Below, in pieces: positions 60,301-64,000 of a DNA stretch of 64,000 bases. The position numbers and the translations under genes are program-made. Source of the stretch: Iphione sp. A-MEVVRFRX5 (lineage: Eukaryota). The stretch covers positions 55,800,001 to 55,864,000 of the forward strand of contig OZ320314.1 in the NCBI GenBank assembly GCA_976226885.1, written 5' to 3'. Numbering within the stretch: position 1 is the stretch's first letter; each line of letters begins with the position of its first letter. Under the pieces are notes generated by a model. It had not been told where the DNA came from, searched no databases, and was given only the letters and a program-made list of their open reading frames with translations.

Positions 60301-61759
60301 CCTGTGTATGTGGAGAGAATGCTACCCTGTTATGGCACAAAGAATGACGTAGTCATGCCTCCCGCTTTGTAAACAAAAAAAAACAAAAAATCTAAATCTG
60401 TACGCACCAGGCTTACTACTAAGTTCAAAAACTATGGAAAAATATAACACATATGGGATTCTTAGTGTGACGTTTTTTTAACGAGAATTTAACTCCTGGT
60501 TCATATTATCTATTTTTTCTTCAGTAGCTCCTCTTGCTGGAAGTTCTTTTTAAATGATTTTTGATGGCAGTATATTCACATGTTCTCTTTCAATAGGTCT
60601 TATTTCGGTTCGCCATGGCGTTCCTGAAATACCGTGAAAGGGAGTTACTGGCCATCCAAGACAACATTGGGATCCACAACTTTTTGCGCACACTCGGAGA
60701 GAACTCAGTTGATATTAAAAGGATTGCTCATGTATGTATCATGCTTTACAAGTACAGTAGACTTTCATCATTGCAACCACTCAAGAAAGAAGGCAATCAT
60801 GCTGCTCAGGAGGGAGGGCAACATTGCATTTGTTCTTCAAATGATCACAATAGAGGGTTTTTACTGTATATGTTTCTTTAATTAATAATTGATAGCCACT
60901 GTCTTCCTATGGGAATTGAGATGAATTGTGAATTCAATTTGTTCTAGGAATTGTAGGCCCCGGCTGCTCAACATCCTTATACTCTATCCTATCTGTCCTA
61001 TACTCTATCCTATCTCTTCCCCTCTGCCCGTCCATTGATTACTGTCTCTCTCTTTACTTATCTATCTGTCTTCGTTCATTTTTGTGGAGGCTGTTATACA
61101 GGTTTTTCTAAGACAGATTATAACTGGTAGTAAAATAGTATTTCAAGATTGCCTCAGGGTTATACAGGTATAAATATATAAACTACAGGAAGGAATAATT
61201 TTTTAATACAAAAAATATTCTTACAGACTCCTGATGTCCTCTAAAAGTATCTAAAATACCAAATTTAACCCTGATTTTTACTTAAAAAGGCCATCCCGGA
61301 GAATACATTCTGGTGCACTTTTTCATGGACTTGACCATATATGTATGTGTGCATCGGAGAGAGACAGAGAGAGAGAGAGAGATGTTTCGTTCTTGGAGCA
61401 CAGTTTTCAATGTGTGATTTCATACTTTCCATACAATAGACATGCGTCATTGTTGCATACTGCAGATCGCCTTCCACGAGATGAATCCCTTACCCATGCG
61501 AATAATAGAGAACAGACGCCAGTTCCACATGATTCAAGTCAAGGTATTGTTTAATCATCCATCATAAACCAGGTGTATTGATTTCCATGCCAGAACCCTG
61601 ATATTCTCTTTCATCATGTCATTATAATTCTTACCGATGACATGTACCTCTTCCTTACAGAATGAGCTGGAAGAACTTGATGCGCTTCGCTGTAGATACC
61701 GCAGTAGCAGACGAAAACCACATGAGCTGAACACCTTTGTCAGTGATGATGAAGCTTGA
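12740..61759 (+). CDS. TBC1D2B: TBC1 domain family member 2/2B-like Rab-GAP (PH domain, coiled coils, TBC domain), 19 coding exons, about 972 aa
   Basis: Exons 12740-13182, 26323-26467, 27720-27960, 28331-28512, 29730-29857, 37999-38133, 38700-38907, 39427-39533, 40008-40093, 52201-52321, 52624-52727, 55184-55329, 55604-55718, 56642-56773, 57360-57497, 60080-60256, 60597-60731, 61466-61543, 61661-61759. All GT-AG and phase-compatible except one surplus base in exon 11. PH motifs KLCGYLNK..KRRWF..LLYYR and YYLEAAD..MYWLQQLQ; TBC motifs IELDLLRT, GYCQG, EEDAFW, FNWFLTIF, RIWDAFLYEG. TBC1D2 vs TBC1D2B cannot be resolved. Confidence 0.93.
14205..14236. repeat. (TA)n microsatellite
   Basis: Run of TA dinucleotides. 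Confidence 0.9.
14336..17600 (-). mobile_element. Truncated transposon-type spliced gene encoding a SWIM-finger protein N-terminus (resembles the accessory ORF of ISL2EU/Harbinger-related elements), antisense in TBC1D2 intron 1
   Basis: Exons 15215-14899 and 14587-14336 splice in frame (GT-AG): ...GWTKSLDGCPVVEETYVKQ|YLLDT...KYRLTRPY..CLVKARCNPS...GGYCTCTAG. An upstream donor GTGAGT follows 17424, and a CpG-rich terminus-like segment lies at 17530-17600. The exon completing the SWIM motif was not found. The family assignment is from recalled motif similarity. Confidence 0.6.
15312..16870. repeat. Tandem satellite, about 162-bp monomer x about 9.6, with a 487-bp three-monomer higher-order repeat
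   Basis: Monomer starts cctactcatg at 15804/15966/16129 recur at 16291/16453/16616 (offset 487 each) with the same diagnostic variants. Core cctacccactacctaacc. Confidence 0.95.
18411..22146 (-). mobile_element. Gypsy-2: Ty3/Gypsy element lacking PBS and gag, pol intact
   Basis: 3' LTR 18411-18539 (TGTAAG...CTTGCA on minus strand, preceded by PPT ataaaggggga). 5' LTR remnant 22025-22146 is identical over 122 bp. 5-bp TSD TCGGC at 18406-18410 and 22147-22151. Confidence 0.95.
18929..22027 (-). CDS. Gypsy-2 pol (protease-RT-RNase H-integrase), 1032 uninterrupted codons
   Basis: QLDTGA, WVNSMVV, VMDDILV, QCDASKKAVGA, H..H.G..C..C, LVTDNGPQY, SNGEAE. The frame opens just after an in-frame TAA in the LTR; the first ATG (21946) lies downstream of the protease DTG. 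Confidence 0.93.
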   Translation of the reverse strand, partial: VDDWWETLRIHKSSLKCQLDTGAKASVMSHKDFQKVAPNVELHSTNKRLVSYTNHQIRPVGTAKLEAKYKERKALVKFYVIDGNQVPVLSGEACKALGLVQRIHKVDASAKELLKKYPQLGEATGNLPGTYTLKIDPTATPVVHGPRRQAAALLPKIKEKLREMENEGHLAKVTEPTDWVNSMVVSTRGDKIRICLDPSNLNKAIRREHYPIPTVEEIVSKSPRGKIFSVLDAKSGFLQMVLDYESSKLTTMNTPIGRYRWTRLPFGIKSAPELYQRTMDEMLDGIDHAYAVMDDILVVGETLQQHDQVLKKVVECAQQYNLKLNFEKMKIRKSSVPYVGHTVTSNGLKPAEDKIRAVMEMPPPDSKEAVRRFLGFVQYLAKFLPMLAEVEEPLRELTRESTAFHWDKPQQAAFQKLKELCSKAPILAYYDVKKDVTIQCDASKKAVGAVLLQDGKPVAYASRKLRPAEQNWAPIEIEMLAIVFSTEKFREYILGKEVLVQTDHKPLEIISKKPLQAAPLRLQTMLLKLKGYDLQVQYLPGKKQFIADALSRASTQEPPNNGEEEFKVNMIDRMSVSPSRYAEFQMKTAHELNELYMIIQAGWPDTRQEVPQSARPYWSTRDELAVLDGIIYRGLRIVVPPSMRAEMLSLVHEAHLGTVKSKQRARDTLYWPGMSAQIEDMISNCNVCQTFAPNQTKEPMMMRKTPNLPWLEVASDIFHYSDENYILSVDYYSKYIEVIKLVDMSSQKTIDALKEHFSRQGIPEKLVTDNGPQYTSAEFDEFAKDYVFEHVTSSPHYPQSNGEAEAAVKTVKALWRKCTDKRKALLNYNATPIPSLGYAPSQLNMSRRLRTTIPVARPLLKPHILDHTKVDRRMKDSKIKQKHYHDRVSKELDPLLPGQPVRIRPPQGSREWKPATIVRHHQNPRSYIVDTGTQTLRRNRADIRKASPSYVTSTEAPSERAEPEITIPDTAPADETKDEHPSTPRMMRPPRTPTRAKPPTPSPVKAQKAEKAPTTVTTRSGRVSKKRDILDL
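23700..24058 (-). repeat. Dispersed repeat copy A (non-autonomous, Helitron-like ends)
   Basis: Shares ctacctatataaaa at one end, ccggccatgg and caagcagaacc...gggttgtaaa internally, and a GCGCC-n-GGCG hairpin plus TTGT at the other end with copies at 24604-24955 and 58665-58875. Confidence 0.55.
24238..24308. repeat. (TC)n microsatellite
   Basis: Long TC run. Confidence 0.92.
24604..24955 (-). repeat. Dispersed repeat copy B
   Basis: Same terminal and internal motifs as copy A. Confidence 0.55.
26323..26467 (+). CDS. TBC1D2B: TBC1D2-like exon 2 (PH C-terminal helix)
   Basis: SGGRIYYLEAADQQTMMYWLQQLQRKRR; AG/GT bounded. Confidence 0.92.
27720..27960 (+). CDS. TBC1D2B: TBC1D2-like exon 3
   Basis: QPSSGLL...LSIANWKTELRNAM; phase 0/1 fits neighbours. 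Confidence 0.82.
28331..28512 (+). CDS. TBC1D2B: TBC1D2-like exon 4
   Basis: ALSPGSVNLR...LCGRCKQ; an alternative in-frame acceptor exists at 28343. Confidence 0.8.
29730..29857 (+). CDS. TBC1D2B: TBC1D2-like exon 5 (coiled coil)
   Basis: LESAVNY...EEELLATRELLRVLQKEIDLLKRQL; donor gtaagt. Confidence 0.88.
31170..31632. repeat. About 120-bp tandem repeat (about 4 copies), interrupted by Gypsy-3
   Basis: ccctaga(g/a)gtattttggt..aagtcc recurs near 31175, 31293, 31412 and 31545; the repeat resumes after the element at 37204 (gtcaccctgtgctgcctctatca matches 31501). Confidence 0.85.
31633..37203 (-). mobile_element. Gypsy-3: full-length, apparently intact Ty3/Gypsy element
   Basis: Identical 129-bp LTRs at 31633-31761 and 37075-37203 (TGTAG...CAACA). 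5-bp TSD GTCAC. PBS TGGTGACGAGGATG (tRNA-Ser GCT type). PPT aagggaggaagagt. Confidence 0.98.
31837..35955 (-). CDS. Gypsy-3 Gag-Pol polyprotein, 1372 aa single ORF
   Basis: Two Cys/His knuckles (CFNC..HPQEKVC; CRSCGKLDHFERSC), LDTGA protease, YLDD RT, VDASPVGVG RNase H, HHCC and DNGPQF/SNGEAER integrase. Confidence 0.97.
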   Translation of the reverse strand: MADLTVAGTPFPKFEMSGDISSLGTRWTTWVDRLKNYLLAMDIENADRKKALLLHFAGEQVWEVHNTIPQVVPQMEGNQVPSSYDITKHTLNKYFSPKSNPDYEQHIFRKMMQSSGETLDTYYVRLRKQAAKCQFPDVDREIRAQIIHCCRSNALRQKALEKSLTLQQLLDLGRAKEVTERQAKEIQSSLGATSAGEAATVQHVAKKKTPKPGQGEKKKKTCFNCGGAWPHPQEKVCPAKGKQCRSCGKLDHFERSCRQKKSTPKDKKKSSVHYANESEEGHLDSREGASASTDFEDVYTVYTTVGKGGHRDAIKLDMALNGIQCRLELDTGAVCSLMPSELYKKHFKEVPLRKSKWKLKAYTGDPITVLGDIMVDVTYKGQKVTLPMCIVKGVGPMLMGRNWLPKIRLDWPNINKVLQQSVSVSLEETLKKYSVFDNTLGTVKGIQAKLHLKEGARAQFFKARPAPYALKDKIEAELKRLESLGVIEKVDFSDWAAPVVPVLKADHSIRLCGDYKVTINPNLDVPEYPLPQPEDLYHQLNGGKKFSKLDLSQAYQQVLLDKESRTYVTINTHLGLYRYTRLPYGVASAPALFQQCMDKILVGLKGVGCYLDDLIITGPDDVQHLENLNACLKKLDEFGIKLKKEKCSFLQSSIEYLGFMVDAVGIHPTTSKVQAILNAPRPKDTSELQSLLGLVNYYRKFIPNMSSLAAPMHRLLTKSAKFQWTTECEEAFKKMKQALTSSAVLVHYDPVKPLSLAVDASPVGVGAVISHQVGTDDQPIAYASRSLSAAERNYSQIEKEALAIIFGLTKFHKYLWGRKFTLISDNKPLTLILGPKRGIPVLAASRLQRWAIQLAAYQYNVNFRSTKQNANVDALSRLLVQTSDLDVEAVFWSQEANELLASQVNTLPITARDIANATRTDKVLSRVKHFTLYGWPSENDINADLLPFYHRREEITGEQDCLLWGLRVLIPEKYREEVLSSLHEAHPGIVRMKALARLHVWWPGLDGNIEITVKNCEACQATSTAPPATKSNPWIWPTRPFQRIHVDYAGPFLNSMFLVVVDARSKWPEIIKMNCTTSTATINALRNLFATYGLLEELVSDNGPQFTSGEFQHFLKMNGVKHILSAPYHPASNGEAERLVRTFKAALRTMKQDSGSVEQKLARFLLHYRTTPHTATKTTPAELLMGRRLRTRLDLLKPNLQNTMEKKQSPKQEKTRSLQIGDVVLVRDYRSKQEMWTKGVVMKQLSPVTYQVNVGEFTWKRHVDQLIDLSGCPLGKFSNSLVPPPAPIGKPLEVDVPSADLTPATGTVSIPAQPSVLPPLDETFTEVARPESLTSDQGAESVPVPSEVLPTTPPMPRPVRARKRPDRLIENM
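37238..37950. repeat. Degenerate low-complexity minisatellite (catgttctcactcatact-like)
   Basis: Many diverged short CATGTTCTCACT units, bracketed by direct copies of acctccatatgcagc at about 37239 and 37924. Confidence 0.85.
37999..38133 (+). CDS. TBC1D2B: TBC1D2-like exon 6
   Basis: SKVIEDSE...LKDKTIVDLEHL...VQLR; phase 2/2. Confidence 0.85.
38700..38907 (+). CDS. TBC1D2B: TBC1D2-like exon 7
   Basis: MMESRAQCLENDIEMYKDSLHAKDETIVSLT...ELDRLN. Confidence 0.9.
39427..39533 (+). CDS. TBC1D2B: TBC1D2-like exon 8
   Basis: DTVAAYKMQNQFLNKEILELNKLR. Confidence 0.9.
40008..40093 (+). CDS. TBC1D2B: TBC1D2-like exon 9
   Basis: RCTEWEARYLQVHSKYLLCLEQL; phase 2/1. Confidence 0.88.
40410..42043 (+). 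pseudogene. Decayed intronless ORF of unknown family nested in TBC1D2 intron 9
   Basis: One frame is open for 343 codons (40625-41653), then stays open for 65 and 62 more codons past single stops at 41654 and 41852. An upstream frame (40410-40627, one stop) joins by a 1-nt shift at a T4 run. No family recognised. Confidence 0.6.
42815..51006 (+). mobile_element. Gypsy-4: decayed Ty3/Gypsy element with a large extra ORF between integrase and the 3' LTR
   Basis: Diverged LTRs 42815-43126 and 50682-51006 (TG...ACA, TATA tataaata, AATAAA). PBS TGGTGGCAGC (tRNA-Leu type), PPT ggaagggaggag. Fragmented gag (CFHYHQEGHFWQEC), protease (LVDTGA), RT (VVLVKKKDG, YLDD), RNase H (ADAS) and integrase (HSDQG) over 43170-47816. 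No TSD found. Confidence 0.93.
47829..50636 (+). pseudogene. Gypsy-4 accessory ORF (about 930 codons, disrupted): two C2H2-like fingers, low-complexity repeats, UIM, C-terminal globular domain
   Basis: PYKCHICKAKGAYVNWHRHRSLH and HCPFPEECGGQVFKGFRKWDTIRHVKAKH (one frameshift, one stop). EEAQLTEAITQSL at 49977-50015 fits the UIM consensus. The last segment (49680-50636) is an open 318-aa frame. Confidence 0.7.
52201..52321 (+). CDS. TBC1D2B: TBC1D2-like exon 10
   Basis: GESKTQEVVTELLSDAMNLE. Confidence 0.88.
52624..52727 (+). CDS. TBC1D2B: TBC1D2-like exon 11 (apparent +1 frameshift)
   Basis: QYDKYGF...DLLEK then ASLLQRRSNELLDK only if one A of the A6 run at 52680-52685 is removed. Confidence 0.85.
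53911..54129 (+). mobile_element. Possible isolated LTR followed by degraded internal sequence
   Basis: TGTCAC...TATAAAA...AATAAA...CACTACA layout. No partner LTR, clear PBS or TSD seen. Confidence 0.3.
55184..55329 (+). CDS. TBC1D2B: TBC1D2-like exon 12
   Basis: VRWENYF...ELKSHIREGIPCQHKDRVWK. Confidence 0.93.
55604..55718 (+). CDS. TBC1D2B: TBC1D2-like exon 13
   Basis: CVSFRVGKLRESLGPNYYQNLL...NPAVKQ. Confidence 0.92.
55877..56461. mobile_element. PIF/Harbinger (Tourist-like) MITE
   Basis: TAA|GGGTCGGTTTCCTTAC ... GTAAGGAAACCAACCC|TAA: about 30-bp TIRs and 3-bp TAA TSD, with internal tandem tcatattc/ttttcatcat repeats. Confidence 0.85.
56642..56773 (+). CDS. TBC1D2B: TBC1D2-like exon 14 (catalytic Arg finger)
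   Basis: IELDLLRTLPNN...NPDIGYCQ. Confidence 0.96.
57360..57497 (+). CDS. TBC1D2B: TBC1D2-like exon 15
   Basis: GQNRLAAIALLFLEEEDAFWCL...AQVDQ. Confidence 0.96.
58665..58875 (+). repeat. Dispersed repeat copy C (inverted relative to A and B)
   Basis: actacctatataaaacgttgcccgaaagtagtccggccatgg ... gcgccgtaggcgcttgt. Confidence 0.55.
60080..60256 (+). CDS. TBC1D2B: TBC1D2-like exon 16
   Basis: RVLKDLMSEKMP...FTFNWFLTIFVD...RIWDAFLYEGNK. Confidence 0.96.
60597..60731 (+). CDS. TBC1D2B: TBC1D2-like exon 17
   Basis: VLFRFAMAFLKYRERELL. Confidence 0.95.
61466..61543 (+). CDS. TBC1D2B: TBC1D2-like exon 18
   Basis: IAFHEMNPLPMRIIENRRQFHMIQVK. Confidence 0.92.
61661..61759 (+). CDS. TBC1D2B: TBC1D2-like exon 19 (stop)
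   Basis: NELEELDALR...FVSDDEA*. Confidence 0.92.
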   Translation, partial: NELEELDALRCRYRSSRRKPHELNTFVSDDEA

Positions 61760-62023
61760 TAAAGCTTGCTAGTCCTTGACGGAAGGCAGGTGGTTTCATA
61801 AATAGGTAGTGGTGTTAAGGTTAGGGAAGCTGTTGTAGTAAGAGGAGAAACCTAATCAGAGTCTTGAATAATGAATGTCAGACTTGTCATAAATGTCATG
61901 GAAAACGCAGAGAGCAACTTTTACAATTGTGAGCTACTTATTCCGTACAAAAACAGCTTCTTTATTGTTAACATTATAATACAGCCAGTCGTTATTTCAA
62001 CACCACATTAACAAGTACATGTC

Positions 62024-62578
62024 CAGTGGAATCCCTCTACAGCAGATATTGGCAGGACTGGCTTTGAAGCGTCCACTGTCGGGGGTGTCCACTGTAGCCG
62101 AGCAAGGGTTGTAGAGGGAAGATTGGTGGGTGTAGAAGGGAAGTCAGCAGTTGTAGAGTGAAGATCAGCAGGTGTAGAAGTCAACGTGGATGAGAGGCTT
62201 CCTCCAGGGTGTCGGGACAAGCTCGCGCCTCTCCCAGGTGTGAGAGTCCATCAAAGCTGCATTGGGAGCAGTTCCTCCAGGGTGTCGGGACAAGCTTGCG
62301 TCTCTCCCAGGTGTGAGTCCATTAAAGGAGTGGACAAGAGTGGTTCCTCCAGAGTGTCTGGAGTGTCCAGAGCGTGCTTCCTCAGACTGAAGTGTCTGCT
62401 GTAGACACAGTAAAATAAGGGTTAGGGACTGTCCAGGGACTGTCTAGAGGAGGGGTGTCCACTGTGGCCAGGCACTTGTAAACATGTTATTTACTATTTA
62501 CTTTTGGGAGTGGAGTAAACATGTCTGTTGTGAGGGTTGTCTGCTGTGGCCGGGCGTCCACAGACAGGGACTCCACTG
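62024..62578. mobile_element. Tc1/mariner-pogo-like MITE downstream of the TBC1D2 stop codon
   Basis: TIRs CAGTGGAATCCCT / AGGGACTCCACTG, TA on the right and TC on the left; internal repeats ccagggtgtcgggacaagct x2 and gtccactgt. Confidence 0.65.
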
Positions 62579-63778
62579 TACTTCATTTTTCCGACATTTT
62601 TTTGTTCAGCAGATTTACTTAAAATTCTATCCATTATGTTTCCAATATTTTACAGCCCATTTTATCCAAATGGCTTTCAACTAGCTTAAAATGTTTAACG
62701 GTGTCCATTTATATTTAACTTTATATTATTGTTGTCCAGGGACTCAGAATCTGGACTTTTTCATTATCGAGATGATTTCTAGGGAACAGTATCACTGCTG
62801 TCTTTTATGTTTATTATGTGGATTGCAGTATCTGTTATCCAGATGAAATAAGCAGAAACAGAGGGAATCTGGATTAAGAGACATGGCATATATGTATATA
62901 TTGATATAGTAGAGCCTCAACTCACAGTCTCAATGTTGAAATAAGGTCACCTACGTTTTCAGGTAAAATTTGAGGAAAATTAACGATTGTCATATTTTCG
63001 AGGCTATTTTTACAAGGTCTCATACAGATTCTCGGATTTGTGTAGATAGGATATATGTGCAATAGTTAATACACTAGTTATGTCTCATCTTACGAAAACA
63101 TAACAACTATCGTGTCCAAATTCAAAAGTAATTTTTGTCGTTGCTCAATTTTTTTGCTTTACATTTATGAAGCTGTGAAATTTACCACAGTGAACTCCGG
63201 TCACAACTTCAGTAGAGAGTCAGCTCTCGTGCAGACGATCACTAAAGGGACAATTTTAAGGAGTTTTTTCCTGTGTGCACCCTGAGATAAACAATCATTT
63301 TCCAAGGAAATAAATATGTTCGTAGAAAAATAATATGCACGTAGGCAGTTGCTGGGGTACCTGAGAATCATAACTCTGATAATACAGTACATAAGAAATT
63401 GTATATATTAACAATGACTCCCAACGCGGGACCAGCTTACATTTCAAGCGTATACATTGTACCTCTGACACACTGACCATGCAGAAGATACAGACCCTCT
63501 TTAATGTACCTTCCACTTAGCTCTTGTGAGTGACCTGCAGGTGGGAAAGAAATCCATTTTAACCCTTCTAAAGATTTTCTAGTGCCAAACCTGTTTTCTT
63601 TTATAGCGAGAAAGTGGTTAAAAATTCTTCTGGAACCTTTTATCTTTCTTTAAAATTGGGCCAGGTAAAATCTGTTACTTAAAATCTTGCTATGCTCGAG
63701 AAAGCCCTGAGTTATACTTTCAAAAGTAATATAAAAAGAGCTAATGATGGCATAAAAGTTTCTCGGAGAAATGAGTAG

Positions 63779-63950
63779 CAGTCAAAACAATGAGGACAGA
63801 TAGAATGAGCAGTTAGAAGTCGAGAAAATGAGATCAGTTAAAACAATGAGGACAGATAGAATGAGCAGTTAGAAGTAGAGAAAATGAGATCAGTCAAAAC
63901 AATGAGGACAGATAGAATGAGCAGTTAGAAGTAGAGAAAATGAGATCAGT
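63779..63950. repeat. 56-bp tandem repeat x3
   Basis: cagt(c/t)aaaacaatgaggacagatagaatgagcagttagaagt.gagaaaatgagat repeated head to tail without spacers. Confidence 0.92.
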
Positions 63951-64000
63951 ACTTTGTTTCAAACTGTTTCGTATCAAGGAATGTTTCCTGCAGTTGTTTC

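Overview
Eukaryotic (metazoan, probably marine invertebrate) genomic DNA with two host genes arranged head-to-head about 740 bp apart. RPL13A lies on the minus strand: four coding exons are visible and its 3' part runs off the left edge. Two of its introns each hold a SNORD34/U34-like C/D snoRNA, and the intron after the fourth visible exon holds a LINE endonuclease ORF. A complete 19-exon PH + coiled-coil + TBC Rab-GAP gene (TBC1D2/TBC1D2B family, about 972 aa) lies on the plus strand from 12740 to 61759; one exon needs a 1-nt correction in an A6 run. The introns are packed with mobile DNA. There are four Ty3/Gypsy elements: one decayed, one lacking gag but with intact pol, one intact with identical LTRs, and one decayed but carrying a large extra ORF (C2H2 fingers, a ubiquitin-interacting motif and a possible alpha-crystallin-like domain). 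Also present are a spliced SWIM-finger transposon-type gene with a higher-order satellite in its intron, several MITEs, and a decayed intronless ORF I cannot assign to any family. All calls were made by eye, with no database searches.
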